DNA from: Armatimonadota bacterium
GTDB lineage: Bacteria > Armatimonadota > Fimbriimonadia > Fimbriimonadales > GBS-DC
DNA: 64,000 nt
NCBI GenBank assembly: GCA_037445735.1
Contig: JBBIJY010000004.1
Coordinates: 32,001-96,000 of the forward strand
Direction: 5' to 3'
Part shown: positions 19,485-30,081 of the stretch, piece by piece
Layout of the letters: the number at the start of each line of letters is the position of its first letter
Position numbering within the stretch: the stretch's first letter is position 1
Made by a program: the position numbers and the translations under genes
Notes under the pieces: generated by a model
Database searches by the model: none
The model's input: the letters and a program-made list of their open reading frames with translations, nothing else
What the model was told of the DNA's origin: nothing

Positions 19485-19568
19485 GATTCCACCATCTGAA
19501 TCGCTTCGACGCTGGCGCCACTTTTCCTGCATAGCGGGTATTATAGAGGATGCAGGAGGGAAAACAGT

Positions 19569-19949
19569 ATGAAACGATGGATCGCAACGCTGATTTGCGG
19601 TGGACTGATGGCAGTGTGGGCGCAGAACTATATCGATATCGCGCTCGGTGGGGAGTTCATTCTGCGCCTGCGCACAGGCTCCAGCGGCTACTCGCTGGAA
19701 GAGCGGGCACGCATCGTGGAAGAGCGACTGGTCAATGTGTTGGGCACGCCGCTGCAGCCCAGCGACATCCGGCTGAAAGAAGTCAAGCCCAACGCTCAAT
19801 ATGAGATTTATGTGCGCCAGAAGCTGCTGCTGACGGTGACACCTGAGGATGCGAAGGCGGCGCAGATGAGCATCAAGCAACTGGCGCAGCACTGGCTTCG
19901 TGCGCTTCGAACCAAATTGCCTGAGCTGAGCGCGCATCCGCAACCGTAG
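19569..19949 (+). CDS. Small secreted hypothetical protein
   Basis: SD AGGAGG; signal peptide ending VWA; LLTVTPEDA..LAQHW motif. Confidence 0.7.
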   Translation: MKRWIATLICGGLMAVWAQNYIDIALGGEFILRLRTGSSGYSLEERARIVEERLVNVLGTPLQPSDIRLKEVKPNAQYEIYVRQKLLLTVTPEDAKAAQMSIKQLAQHWLRALRTKLPELSAHPQP

Positions 19950-20061
19950 CGCGATGCCAGAAAAGGGGTGGCGGCGAAATGTATCAGGCTGCTACCCCTT
20001 GTTGCTCAATGGGGTGCGCATCAGCAGGAATCGGGTGGCAGATGTCGTAGAGGGCGGATTA

Positions 20062-20343
20062 ATGGCTGGAGGGAGACGACTGGGCTGGTTATGGCTGTGG
20101 GTGCTGACGGCGCTGATGGGCATCGGGCTGGCGCCGCGCTCGGTTCGCATCTATGCCCGGTGGTGGCAGACCCGTCAGGAGGTTCAATCGCTGGAAGCGC
20201 AGGCGCAGGCGTTGCGACAGGAGCAGGCGGAACTGCGCCAGCAGCTGCAGCGGCTCTCCACCCCGGCGGGCAAAGAGGCGCTCGCCCGCGAGAAAGGCTG
20301 GCTCAAACGCGGTGAAAAGCCCCTGCACATCGTGCCCCGATAG
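20062..20343 (+). CDS. FtsB/DivIC-like septum formation initiator
   Basis: TM helix, coiled coil, E.LAREKGWLKRGEK. Confidence 0.8.
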   Translation: MAGGRRLGWLWLWVLTALMGIGLAPRSVRIYARWWQTRQEVQSLEAQAQALRQEQAELRQQLQRLSTPAGKEALAREKGWLKRGEKPLHIVPR

Positions 20344-20405
20344 GTGATTCACCCCGCAAAAATACCTGTTTTTGCCCGAATCGCCCGAAAAAATGCCCCG
20401 CCCCC

Positions 20406-20435
20406 TTGACATGAGGGGGCAAGATGTGCTATAAT
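20406..20435 (+). promoter_or_regulatory. Sigma70-type promoter of the PEP-CTERM gene
   Basis: TTGACA-18 nt-TATAAT with extended -10 TG. Confidence 0.8.
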
Positions 20436-20496
20436 AGGAACCGACAGGCTGGTATGCCCGCCAGCCGACAAATCCGGCACACCCGGAAAGGAGGAT

Positions 20497-21078
20497 ATGA
20501 TGATGGTATTGAAACGACTGGCTGGAGTGGCACTTGGTGCCCTGTTGGCTGTGAATGCGTTCGCGCTCTTTAGCGAGACGGAACCGAACAACACGCGCGC
20601 CACATTCGACCCGAATGTGTTTGCACCGCCTGCTTACAATGTGCCGTGGTCCGATGTCGGCGTTCTGAGCCTGACCACCAACGACTCCGACTTCTTCAAA
20701 ATCCGGCTTAACGCTGGGGACTGGCTGACCGCCATTACCTTCCCCATCAGCAACGGGAATACCGATCCCGATACCGTGATGGCGCTCTTTGACGCCACTG
20801 GTAACACGGCGCTTGTCTTCAACGACGACGCCGGGTCTATCAGTGGGCTTGGCTCCGCCATCCGCTGGCAGGCGACAACTTCGGGCGACTACTACCTGGC
20901 TATCACAGGCTTTCACGGCTTTGCTAATCAAGACGACCTCAGCTACTATGAAGGCGCCACCCATACCGCAACCGGCTCCTACATCCTGACCCTCAGTGTG
21001 GTGCCGGAGCCTGCCAGCATGATTGCGCTGGGCACGGGTCTGGTGGGTCTGCTGGCGCTGCGCCGACGCCGCCGCTAA
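20497..21078 (+). CDS. PEP-CTERM surface protein (PPC-like domain)
   Basis: Signal peptide, ETEPNN, DTVMALFD, FNDDAG, YYLAITG; C-terminal VPEP-TM-RRRRR. Confidence 0.9.
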   Translation: MMMVLKRLAGVALGALLAVNAFALFSETEPNNTRATFDPNVFAPPAYNVPWSDVGVLSLTTNDSDFFKIRLNAGDWLTAITFPISNGNTDPDTVMALFDATGNTALVFNDDAGSISGLGSAIRWQATTSGDYYLAITGFHGFANQDDLSYYEGATHTATGSYILTLSVVPEPASMIALGTGLVGLLALRRRRR

Positions 21079-21110
21079 ACTGTCAGCAAACAGGGACACC
21101 TTTTATTGCA

Positions 21111-21140
21111 GGGAGGTGCGCGGGGTGCACCTCCCGTTTT
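21111..21140 (+). terminator. Putative intrinsic terminator
   Basis: GGGAGGTGCGC-GGG-GTGCACCTCCC followed by GTTTT, between convergent genes. Confidence 0.65.
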
Positions 21141-21144
21141 CGAT

Positions 21145-24100
21145 TCAGGCAATCGGCTCCACGATGAACTCCTGCGCTTCCATCGCCTGCAGCAGCGCCC
21201 ACGCCGTATCCAGCGCGGTCAGGCAGGGGATTCCGTGTTCGACAGCAGCGCGACGGATGATTAACCCCTGCTGTTCCGCCTTGCGGTCAGGGCTGGGCGT
21301 GTTGATGAGCAGCTGCACATGCTTATGCGTGATGTAATCCAGCAGATCGGGCTTGCCCTGCCCCATTTTGGGCACAATCTGCGCGGGCAGCCCTGCTTTT
21401 TGCAGGGCGCGGGCAGTGCCGTGCGTGGCGTAGAGCCTGAACCCGCGCCGATGGAACGCCTTCGCCAGCTCCACACCCTCCGCCTTGTCTTTATCAGCAA
21501 GGGTCAGCAGCACACTCCCCCTGCGCGGAATATGAATGCCGGCGGCGACCATCGCCTTGTAAAGCGCGTTCGCGTAGGTGCGGTCGATGCCCATGACCTC
21601 GCCTGTGGAGCGCATTTCAGGTCCGAGCGCCACCTCCACACGCCGCAGCTTCAGGCTGGAGAAGACGGGCGCCTTGACCGCCACGCGCGATAACCCCTTA
21701 CCCATACCCCTGCAAGCGGCAGATTCGGAGGGAAGCGGCTGACCCACTTGCGCGGACACCGCCAGCTTCACCATCGGCACGCCCGTAATCTTGGAGAGGT
21801 AGGGCACGGTGCGGCTCGCCCGCGGGTTAACCTCGATTACAAACACCTGCTCGCCGTCGATAACGAACTGCACATTCATCAGCCCGCACACTTTGAGCGC
21901 GCGCGCCAGTCGCAGCGAATAGTCGGTAATCTGCGCCTGCACCTCTGGGCTGAGCGTCTGGGGCGGCACGACGGTCATGCTATCGCCCGAATGCACACCC
22001 GCCCGTTCAATATGCTCCATAATCGCGGGAATGACGAACCGTTCCCCATCGCCGATCAGATCCACTTCCGCCTCTTTGCCCTCGATATATTTATCGACCA
22101 GCACGGGCGCGTCGGGGAACGCCAGAATGGCGGAGCGCCAGAAGGTTTCCAGCTCCTTATCGTTGCGCACGATCTCCATCGCTCGCCCGCCCAGCACATA
22201 GGAGGGGCGCACCAGCACAGGGTAGCCCACCGCGCTGGCGATCGCCTTCGCCTCCTCGAGGCTCCGCACCGCCCGCCCGTGCGGGCGCGGAATGCCCAGC
22301 TGCTCCAGCAGCGCGTCGAACCGCCGACGGTCTTCCGCGATGTCTATCGATTCGGGCGGCGTGCCCAGAATCGGCACGCCGAACGCCTGCAGCTGTTTGA
22401 CCAGATTAATCGCCGTCTGCCCGCCGAACTGCACCAGCACAGGGATCGAGCGCTGGCAGGAAGCCCCCTCACCCGTACCCTCTCCCCGCTGGAGAGAGGG
22501 TTGGGGTGAGGGGCTATCCACAGGCGCGGGGCGAGCTACCCCCTCACCCGTACCCTCTCCCCCGTAAACGGGGGAGAGGGACTTAGATACTCCCTCTCCC
22601 CGCTGGGGAGCGGGCTGGGGTGAGGGGTTACTCCCCTCTCCCCCAGCGGGGGAGAGGGGCAGGGGGTGAGGGCTACCCTCATACTCCAGCAGGTTCAGCA
22701 CATCCTCCAGCGTGATGGGGTCAAAGTAAAGCGCGTCGGAAATGTCGAAATCGGTGGACACCGTTTCGGGGTTATTGTTCAGAATCAGCGCGCAGTAGCC
22801 CAGCTCGCGCAGGGTCTTGACCGCATGCACTGCCGAGTAGTCGAACTCTATTCCCTGCCCGATGCGGATGGGTCCGGAGCCAAGCACCAGTACCTTGCGC
22901 GGGTGGCGGGCGGGCGGGCGGTCATGCTCGCCGTGATAGGTGCTGTAGAAATAGGGCGTTTGCGCCTCGAACTCGCCCGCGCAGGTGTCCACCATCTTGT
23001 AGGCGGGGCGGATGCCCAGCGCGTGGCGTGCCCTGCGCACCTGCGCCTCGCTCAAGCCCGTGATCTGGGCGATGAACCTGTCGGGGAACTGCCACTGCTT
23101 CGCCTGACGCAGGAGTGTCAGTGCCTCCCCGCGCTTTTCGCCCATCAGCAGCACCCGCAACTCACTGCTACGGGCTATCAGCTCCTGCTCCAGCTCCACC
23201 AGTTTCTGAATCTTGTGCAGGAACCAGGGGTCAATCTGGCTCAGGTCATGCACCTCTTCCACCAGCCAGCCGCGTCGGAACGCTTCGGCGATATAAAACA
23301 GGCGCATGTCGTTCGGGGTGGCAATCAGCATTTCCAGCTCCATCGGGCTGAGATGCGCTGCGGGCGGATAGCGCAGGTCGCTGACGCCCACCTCCAGCCC
23401 GCGCACCGCCTTCATCAGTGCGCCCTCGAAGGTGCGGTCGATCGCCATCACCTCGCCGGTGGCTTTCATCTGCGTGCCCAGCGTGCGGTCGCCCGTCGGG
23501 AACTTATCGAACGGGAAGCGCGGGATTTTCACCACGCAGTAATCGAGCGCGGGTTCGAACGCCGCCGAGGTGCCCGTGATGGGGTTTTTGATTTCGTCCA
23601 GTCGCAGCCCAATCGCGATTTTGGCGGCGATTCGGGCGATGGGGTAGCCAGTGGCTTTGGAGGCGAGCGCGCTGGAGCGGCTCACGCGCGGGTTCACCTC
23701 AATCACATAGTAGTCGCTGCCGTTCGGGTTCAGCGCGAACTGCACATTGCAGCCGCCCTGAATGCCCAGCGCGCGGATAATCTTGAGCGACGCGGTGCGC
23801 AACAGCTGATACTCGAAATCGCTCAGCGTCTGCGACGGCGCGACCACCATCGAATCGCCCGTATGCACGCCCATCGGGTCGATGTTTTCCATATTGCAGA
23901 CGATGATGGCATTATCGGCGCTGTCGCGCATCACCTCATACTCAATCTCTTTCCAGCCGAGCAGGGAGCGCTCCACCAGTATCTGGTGGCGCATGGAGAG
24001 TTGCAGTCCGCGCGCACCGATTTCGAGCAGTTCATCGGGGTTGTGGGCGATGCCGCCGCCCGTGCCGCCCAGCGTGTAGGCAGGGCGCACGATGCAGGGA

Positions 24101-24591
24101 TAGGGCACGATTCGGGCGATGCGGCGCAGCTCACCCATGCTCTCCACAATCCACGATTCGGGCACGGGTTCCCCAATCTGGCGCATCAGCTCGCGGAACC
24201 TTTCGCGATCCTCGGCTGCCTGAATGGCGGAGAGCGGCGTGCCCAGCAACCGCACGCCATACTTATCCAGAATGCCACGCAACGCCAGCTCGGTCGCCAG
24301 ATTCAGCCCCGTCTGACCGCCCAGTGTGGGCAGTAAGCCGTCGGGACGCTCCTGCGCAATCACCCGCTCCGCGAACTCCACCGTGAGCGGCTCGATATAG
24401 ACGCGATCCGCCATATCGGGGTCGGTCATAATGGTGGCGGGATTGGAGTTGATCAGCACGACCTGCAGACCTTCCTCTCGCAGGGAGCGACATGCCTGGG
24501 AGCCAGAATAGTCAAACTCGGCTGCCTGTCCGATCACGATCGGACCCGAGCCAATCACCATCACCTTCCGTAGCGACCTGTCAATCGGCAT
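21145..24591 (-). CDS. carB: Carbamoyl-phosphate synthase large subunit carrying an in-frame repeat insertion
   Basis: [17 protein letters not shown], two ATP-grasp domains ([20 protein letters not shown]), MGS domain. Confidence 0.97.
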   Translation of the reverse strand: MPIDRSLRKVMVIGSGPIVIGQAAEFDYSGSQACRSLREEGLQVVLINSNPATIMTDPDMADRVYIEPLTVEFAERVIAQERPDGLLPTLGGQTGLNLATELALRGILDKYGVRLLGTPLSAIQAAEDRERFRELMRQIGEPVPESWIVESMGELRRIARIVPYPCIVRPAYTLGGTGGGIAHNPDELLEIGARGLQLSMRHQILVERSLLGWKEIEYEVMRDSADNAIIVCNMENIDPMGVHTGDSMVVAPSQTLSDFEYQLLRTASLKIIRALGIQGGCNVQFALNPNGSDYYVIEVNPRVSRSSALASKATGYPIARIAAKIAIGLRLDEIKNPITGTSAAFEPALDYCVVKIPRFPFDKFPTGDRTLGTQMKATGEVMAIDRTFEGALMKAVRGLEVGVSDLRYPPAAHLSPMELEMLIATPNDMRLFYIAEAFRRGWLVEEVHDLSQIDPWFLHKIQKLVELEQELIARSSELRVLLMGEKRGEALTLLRQAKQWQFPDRFIAQITGLSEAQVRRARHALGIRPAYKMVDTCAGEFEAQTPYFYSTYHGEHDRPPARHPRKVLVLGSGPIRIGQGIEFDYSAVHAVKTLRELGYCALILNNNPETVSTDFDISDALYFDPITLEDVLNLLEYEGSPHPLPLSPAGGEGSNPSPQPAPQRGEGVSKSLSPVYGGEGTGEGVARPAPVDSPSPQPSLQRGEGTGEGASCQRSIPVLVQFGGQTAINLVKQLQAFGVPILGTPPESIDIAEDRRRFDALLEQLGIPRPHGRAVRSLEEAKAIASAVGYPVLVRPSYVLGGRAMEIVRNDKELETFWRSAILAFPDAPVLVDKYIEGKEAEVDLIGDGERFVIPAIMEHIERAGVHSGDSMTVVPPQTLSPEVQAQITDYSLRLARALKVCGLMNVQFVIDGEQVFVIEVNPRASRTVPYLSKITGVPMVKLAVSAQVGQPLPSESAACRGMGKGLSRVAVKAPVFSSLKLRRVEVALGPEMRSTGEVMGIDRTYANALYKAMVAAGIHIPRRGSVLLTLADKDKAEGVELAKAFHRRGFRLYATHGTARALQKAGLPAQIVPKMGQGKPDLLDYITHKHVQLLINTPSPDRKAEQQGLIIRRAAVEHGIPCLTALDTAWALLQAMEAQEFIVEPIA
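22465..22671. repeat. Four REP-like palindromes within carB
   Basis: Units at about 22465-22513, 22539-22580, 22592-22627 and 22634-22671 match the intergenic copies. Confidence 0.88.
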
Positions 24592-24739
24592 CCTATCCTC
24601 CCTTGTCGCCTCACCGGGCAGACTTAAAGGGTGTGAAGAGGAGTATACCCGATGGTGGCTTGCGAAGAGCGCCTTTGCACTTCAACCGTTCACACCCACC
24701 CATGGAGGTATACTCGCCATTAAGATAGGTGATGGGCAG

Positions 24740-25198
24740 ATGGGCTATTCGGAGTATGACTTCAAGTTTGCAAAGACGATCCTGCACCAGCATTTTCCGC
24801 AACAGATGCAGGAGATACTCGGTGCTATTGCGCAGCTGCAAGTACCTCTGGGGCGCGGCGTTCGCCCGACACCTGCACAGCAGCTGGAAACTTTGCTGGC
24901 AAGCCTGGGCTGGCAACGCCAGCAACTCGTGACGCCCAACCACACGCACCTGCGCTTTGATCTCAAAAAGGATAAGGTGGCAGTTGAAATCCAGCTTTCC
25001 GACCCTGCCGACTGCTACAACGATTTTCTTAAGTTTTTGCTGGCTTACAATCTGGAAGTCATCGATGTGGCAGTGGAGATTTTTTACGATGATAGCGTTC
25101 AGGGCAGGAATCTGCCTCATTTGAGCAAGGTTCAGCGCGATCTGGAGGTTTATCGGCGCGTTCTTCCTTGCCCGATATGGGTCATCGGGCTTCGGTAA
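24740..25198 (+). CDS. BglII/BstYI-family restriction-endonuclease-like protein
   Basis: RFDLKKDKVAVEIQL (D..K..E-x-Q), YNDFLKF, C-terminal PIWVIG. Confidence 0.65.
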   Translation: MGYSEYDFKFAKTILHQHFPQQMQEILGAIAQLQVPLGRGVRPTPAQQLETLLASLGWQRQQLVTPNHTHLRFDLKKDKVAVEIQLSDPADCYNDFLKFLLAYNLEVIDVAVEIFYDDSVQGRNLPHLSKVQRDLEVYRRVLPCPIWVIGLR

Positions 25199-25245
25199 AA
25201 AATACTTTTCTCTTGATGTCCTGATGGCGGTGAAGAGGTCATTTT

Positions 25246-26568
25246 TTACAGACGCTTCGCTGGGGCAGGGGCGAAACGGGTGTGGCGGGTGCGTTCGAGC
25301 CAGAGCTTGACCTGCTGGGCGCAGCGGCGAGCAGCGCCCTGATGGCGGGCAATCAGCTCGCGTGCGCTTTTTTCGATTTGCTGGCGGGCTTTCTCGTCGC
25401 GCAGCAGGCGCAGGATGCCCTCCGCCAGTTCGGCTGCGGTGCGCACTTCGAAGCCGACGCCTGCCTCCTTCGCCAGTTGCGCAATATCGCGGAAGTTGTG
25501 CGTGTGGGGCCCGAAAAACACGGGCTTGCCGTGCGCCAGCGGCTGGAAGAGGTTCTGCCCGCCCAGCGGTGCGAACGCGCCCCCGACCACCGCCACATCC
25601 GCCACCGAATAGATGGCTGAGAGTTCGCCGAAGGTATCGACCAGCACCACCTGCGTGGTCTGACCGTCGGGCAGTGGCAGTTGCGTGCGGCGTATGGGGT
25701 TCAGCCCCCTCTCGCGCATGAGGTTCTCCACTTCGGGCACGCGCTCCAGGTGGCGCGGCGCCAGCACCAGGCAGACGGCGGGCAGTGCCGCGCGCACGAG
25801 GCAGCAGGCTTCTATCACGAGCTGCTCCTCTTCGGCTGTGCGCGTGCTGCCCACCACAATCACGGGCGCACCGGTCGGCAACGACAGGCGCGCCCGCCAC
25901 TCATCGGGCGAGGCGTCCGCCGACTCCAGCGCCTGATCGAACTTGGTGTTGCCCATCACCTCCACCCGTGCAGGCGACAGTCCCAGCTCCACGAAGCGCA
26001 GCGCGTCTGTTGGCGACTGAACACAGGCGCAATCGACACAGCGCAGAATCGAGCGATAGAACATGCGCAGCGCCCGCGCCCGCCGAAACGAGCGATCGCT
26101 CAGCCGTCCGTTCAGCACCATCACCAGCCCGCCCCGCCGACGCTGCGCCGCAACCAGATTGAGCCACAGCTCTGTCTCGAACAGGATCAGCGCGTCGGGC
26201 TGGATGCGCGAGAGGGCACGGTTCACCGCGAAGGGCACATCCAGCGGGAAGTAGGCGATATAGTCCACCCAGTTGCGGGCAGTATCGTGCGCCGTGCGTT
26301 GACCTGTGGGTGTGGTGGTGGTCAGCACGATTTCGTAGTCGGGCAGCGCCTTGCGCAGCGCTTTCAGCACGGGCAGCGCTGCCAGCGTCTCGCCGACCGA
26401 CACACAGTGAACCCACAGCCGGCGCCTGTTAGCGAGCGGTGGGATCGGCACGAAGCCGAACCGCTCCCACCACCGCTCGCGCCATGAGCCGCCCACGATG
26501 CGCGTTAGCACATAGCTCATCCACAGCGGCGCGGTCAACAGCAACAGCAGGTTATAGAGCGCTCTCAT
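25246..26568 (-). CDS. kdtA: 3-deoxy-D-manno-octulosonic acid transferase
   Basis: WVHCVSVGE, FETELW, GNTKFD, LAPRHLER, DTFGEL, GGQN..QP. Confidence 0.92.
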   Translation of the reverse strand: MRALYNLLLLLTAPLWMSYVLTRIVGGSWRERWWERFGFVPIPPLANRRRLWVHCVSVGETLAALPVLKALRKALPDYEIVLTTTTPTGQRTAHDTARNWVDYIAYFPLDVPFAVNRALSRIQPDALILFETELWLNLVAAQRRRGGLVMVLNGRLSDRSFRRARALRMFYRSILRCVDCACVQSPTDALRFVELGLSPARVEVMGNTKFDQALESADASPDEWRARLSLPTGAPVIVVGSTRTAEEEQLVIEACCLVRAALPAVCLVLAPRHLERVPEVENLMRERGLNPIRRTQLPLPDGQTTQVVLVDTFGELSAIYSVADVAVVGGAFAPLGGQNLFQPLAHGKPVFFGPHTHNFRDIAQLAKEAGVGFEVRTAAELAEGILRLLRDEKARQQIEKSARELIARHQGAARRCAQQVKLWLERTRHTRFAPAPAKRL

Positions 26569-27254
26569 CGGGCGTCACCTCCGCGTCGACCGCAGGCGAG
26601 CTGTTCCGCGCGCGACTCCAGCGCATTAATTGCTGCCTCCACCACCTCGGCGAGCTGGGAGAAAGCATCTTTATCGGCGTCAGGCGGCACATGGATGGGT
26701 TCCCCAATCAAAAACACGGCGCGGGCGAACGGCAGGGGGATCAGATAGCGATCCCATGTGGGCAGCAGAATGCGCGGGCATGCGGAGATGCCGGCGGGGT
26801 AGATGGGCACGCCCGCCTTCTGGGCAATCAGCAGGGCGCCAGGTTGACATTTGCGACTTGGACCGCGCGGTCCGTCGGGTGTGAAGGCGAGAATCCCGCC
26901 TGCCTGCACCACGCGCGCCGCCTCCAGCGCCGCCCGCAAGCCGCCCCGACTGGTCGAACCGCGCAGAATCTGGAAGCCGAACCGCCGAAAAATCTCCGCC
27001 TGAACCTCGCCATCCCGTGAGAGCGAGATGATAGTCCAGAAGCCTTTATCTTTCATATAGTTGGCGGGTATGAAGGTGCGCCCGTGCCAGGTGACCATCA
27101 CAGCGCCTGTGCCCTCGCGCAGGTGGCGTTCAATCGGTTCCCAGCCCTCCACATGGAGGCGCAGGGTTGTGCCGATACTGCGTGCCAGAGCATAGATCAG
27201 TCGTCCCAGCCGTCTGGCTCGCCGCCGATTGGGTTCCGATGGCTGTTGCTCCAC
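26565..27254 (-). CDS. DUF374 lysophospholipid acyltransferase-family protein
   Basis: WHGR, SLSRDGE, RGSTSRGG, TPDGPRGP, WDRYLIPLPF; coupled to kdtA. Confidence 0.88.
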   Translation of the reverse strand: MEQQPSEPNRRRARRLGRLIYALARSIGTTLRLHVEGWEPIERHLREGTGAVMVTWHGRTFIPANYMKDKGFWTIISLSRDGEVQAEIFRRFGFQILRGSTSRGGLRAALEAARVVQAGGILAFTPDGPRGPSRKCQPGALLIAQKAGVPIYPAGISACPRILLPTWDRYLIPLPFARAVFLIGEPIHVPPDADKDAFSQLAEVVEAAINALESRAEQLACGRRGGDAR

Positions 27255-27262
27255 GCTTCCGA

Positions 27263-27859
27263 TTATACCGCGCTACCCTCTTCGGGCAGGCGCACCACCA
27301 TGCGTTTGCCAGGCACATCCACCTGCAGGATGAACTGGCGATGCGCGGGGATCAGATGGCGCCCGACCTCGTAGAAGTCGTAGGCGGCGCCTGCAATCAC
27401 ACGCTTCAGGATGCCCAGTCGTTCGCCCGATTCGGTGTAGACCGTCATGCCGATGAGGTCGTCCAAGTAGTACTCATCGTCGGGCAGGGGCATGCGCTCT
27501 TCGGGCGGGATCATCAGTCGTGCGCCGTGCAGCCGCTCGGCGTCCTCTCTCGTGTCGATGCCTTCGAGTTTGACAATCAGCCACTGCCCGTGCCAGCGTA
27601 CCGATTCGACGAAGCATTCCTGGGGTTGCATTGTGCGCGGGGGGCGCTTGCTGCGCGAGGGGTTTGTGGGCGTTTCATCGGGCGCAAGTGGCGGTTCAGG
27701 TGGGCGCCACCAGTAGAGGCGCGCACCCACGCGAAACCGCTCTTGCGGGAAAGCGGTCTCCGGTCGCACCTTCAACTCGCCCCGTATGCCGAACGGTCGC
27801 ACGATAATGCCGACCGTGACCCAGCGCCTGACTATCTTGGGCACATGGCGTTCGGGCAT
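27263..27859 (-). CDS. rimM: Ribosome maturation factor RimM
   Basis: VGIIVRPFGIRGELKV, DEYYLDDLIGM, HLIPA; follows rpsP-khpA. Confidence 0.9.
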   Translation of the reverse strand: MPERHVPKIVRRWVTVGIIVRPFGIRGELKVRPETAFPQERFRVGARLYWWRPPEPPLAPDETPTNPSRSKRPPRTMQPQECFVESVRWHGQWLIVKLEGIDTREDAERLHGARLMIPPEERMPLPDDEYYLDDLIGMTVYTESGERLGILKRVIAGAAYDFYEVGRHLIPAHRQFILQVDVPGKRMVVRLPEEGSAV

Positions 27860-27862
27860 AGG

Positions 27863-28135
27863 CTACGCTTCGGGTTCATTCTCCGATGCTGGCGTGCCTT
27901 CATCCGTAATGACCAGAATCTGCACGCGCACGCGGTTCTTGCTGCCGACCGCCTGACCGACGGTGCGCAGGGCGTTGATGATGCGCCCGTTCTTGCCGAT
28001 CACACGCCCGCGGTCCGATTCGGCGACCCGAATGCGATAGCGCAGCAGTGAACCGTTGCGCTCCTCCTCGATCTGGATCGAGTTCTGGTCATCGACCAGT
28101 GCCCGCACCGAGGCTTCCAGGAACTCTCTGAGCAT
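27863..28135 (-). CDS. khpA: KH-domain RNA-binding protein KhpA
   Basis: DRGRVIGKNGRIINALRT; between rpsP and rimM. Confidence 0.9.
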   Translation of the reverse strand: MLREFLEASVRALVDDQNSIQIEEERNGSLLRYRIRVAESDRGRVIGKNGRIINALRTVGQAVGSKNRVRVQILVITDEGTPASENEPEA

Positions 28136-28164
28136 GGTTTATCCCCTTCCTTAAGGTGTGTGGT

Positions 28165-28455
28165 TCAGGAGGTCGGGCTCGTTTCGGATTGAGTCCCTTC
28201 CCGCCCTGAAAACTTTTGCCAGACGCCTGTCAGGGTCAGCAGGCGCTGCACGGTCTCCGTCGGCTGCGCTCCGACACGCAGCCAGTACAGCACGCGCTCC
28301 TCGTCGAGTTGAATCTGCGCCGGGTTCGGCAGCGGGTTATAGTACCCGACGACCTCCACGCACCGGCCCGAGCGCGGGTTCTGGCTCGGCGCCACCACAA
28401 CCCTGTAAAACGGCTTCTTCTTTTTGCCCATGCGCATCAATCGTATCCTTAACAT
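28165..28455 (-). CDS. rpsP: 30S ribosomal protein S16
   Basis: MLRIRLMRMGKKKKPFYRVVV...GAQPTETV. Confidence 0.97.
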   Translation of the reverse strand: MLRIRLMRMGKKKKPFYRVVVAPSQNPRSGRCVEVVGYYNPLPNPAQIQLDEERVLYWLRVGAQPTETVQRLLTLTGVWQKFSGREGTQSETSPTS

Positions 28456-28557
28456 TCGCGATGCCTCCGTTCTCTCCTGCTCTCAGGCGAGATATTATAC
28501 CCCATTCCCACCGGCGATGGTGTGGGGGTATAATCCTCTCCAGTTGAGGAGCAGAGG

Positions 28558-30072
28558 ATGGCAGATCCACAGAAGGTATATCGGCAGCTGGAGGTGTGGT
28601 CGCGGGAGACCGCGCTGTTGAGTTCAGCGATAGGCGTGCTGGGCTGGGATCAGCGCGTGATGATGCCGCCCCGTGTTGCCCCGCACCGCGCGAACCAGAT
28701 CGCGCTGCTGGCGGGTATGGTTCATCAGCGGTTGACCGACCCGCGCATCGGCGAGTGGCTCGCCACGCTCGAAAAGAGCGATCTCGTCGCTGATCCCGAA
28801 AGCGTCGAGGCGGTCAACATCCGTCAGTGGCGGCGCACTTACGACCGCATGACCAGGCTGCCCCACAAGCTGGTGGTGGAGTTCGCGCGCATCACCTCGC
28901 TGGCGGAAAAGGCATGGGAGGAGGCACGCGCTCAGTCGAACTACGCGCTGTTCAAGCCCTATCTGGAGCAGATTGTTCAGCTCAGCCGCGAAATCGCCGA
29001 GCGATTGGGCTACGAATCGGAGCCGTACGACGCCCTGCTGGACGAATATGAGCAGGGTATGACGGCGCAGCAGGTGGAGCGCCTGTTTACGCCGTTGCGC
29101 GAGCGCACGCCGGAGCTGATTCAGCGCCTGCAGAGCGCACCGCGCCAGCCCAACAGCGCGATCCTGCACCGCCACTACCCCCGACCTCAGCAGGAAGCGT
29201 TCTGCCGTCTGATCGCCGAGCAGCTCACCTTCGACTGGCAGAGCGGGCGGTTGGACCCCACCGTGCATCCGTTTGCTACACGGCTTGGTCCGGGTGATGT
29301 GCGCATCACCACCCGCTACTACGAGGATTTCCTCTGCCCCGCGCTGTTCGGCACAATCCACGAGCTGGGGCACGCCCTCTATGAGCTGGGACTGCCCGAA
29401 GAGCATTTCGGCACGCCGATGGGCGAATCGGTCTCGCTCGGTGTCCATGAATCGCAATCGCGCATGTGGGAGAACTTCGTGGGGCGTAGCCGCGCCTTCT
29501 GGGAACATTTCTACCCCATCGCCCAGCAGTATTTCACCGCGCTGCAGGATGTGAGCCTCGACGAGTTCGTGTTCGCCATCAACGAGGTCAAGCCGTCGCC
29601 CATCCGTGTGGAAGCGGACGAGGTGACCTACAACCTGCATATCCTGCTGCGCTTCGAGCTGGAGCTGGCGCTGATGCGGGGTCAGTTGCAGGTGGATGAC
29701 CTGCCTGATGCATGGAACGAGCGGTTCGAGTCGTATCTGGGCTTCCGCCCTGCGAACGATGCCGAAGGCGTGCTGCAGGATGTCCACTGGTCGGGCGGGT
29801 TAATCGGCTACTTTCCGACCTACACGCTGGGCAATCTGTACGCGGCGCAGCTGTTCGAGGCGGCGGCGCGCGATCTGGGCGATTTGCCCGCGATGTTCCG
29901 CAAGGGCGAGTTCGTGCCCCTGCTGGAATGGCTGCGCGAAAAGGTGCATCGGCAGGGCAAGCGCTACGCGCCAGCCGACCTGATCCAGCGTATCACGGGT
30001 CAGCCGCCCAGCGCCGAGCCGCTCCTGCGCTACTTCGAACACAAGTTCAACGAACTCTATTTCGCGAGTTGA
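28558..30072 (+). CDS. Carboxypeptidase M32 (Taq-like)
   Basis: HPF, DVRITTRY, HELGHALYE, HESQS, IRVEADE, QDVHW, YFPTYTLG. Confidence 0.95.
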   Translation: MADPQKVYRQLEVWSRETALLSSAIGVLGWDQRVMMPPRVAPHRANQIALLAGMVHQRLTDPRIGEWLATLEKSDLVADPESVEAVNIRQWRRTYDRMTRLPHKLVVEFARITSLAEKAWEEARAQSNYALFKPYLEQIVQLSREIAERLGYESEPYDALLDEYEQGMTAQQVERLFTPLRERTPELIQRLQSAPRQPNSAILHRHYPRPQQEAFCRLIAEQLTFDWQSGRLDPTVHPFATRLGPGDVRITTRYYEDFLCPALFGTIHELGHALYELGLPEEHFGTPMGESVSLGVHESQSRMWENFVGRSRAFWEHFYPIAQQYFTALQDVSLDEFVFAINEVKPSPIRVEADEVTYNLHILLRFELELALMRGQLQVDDLPDAWNERFESYLGFRPANDAEGVLQDVHWSGGLIGYFPTYTLGNLYAAQLFEAAARDLGDLPAMFRKGEFVPLLEWLREKVHRQGKRYAPADLIQRITGQPPSAEPLLRYFEHKFNELYFAS

Positions 30073-30081
30073 GGCGGTTGC

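Noticed and set aside
22450-22674. Intein or intron explanation for the carB insert
   Set aside because: It is too short, has no splicing motifs, and is fully explained by the palindromic repeat family.
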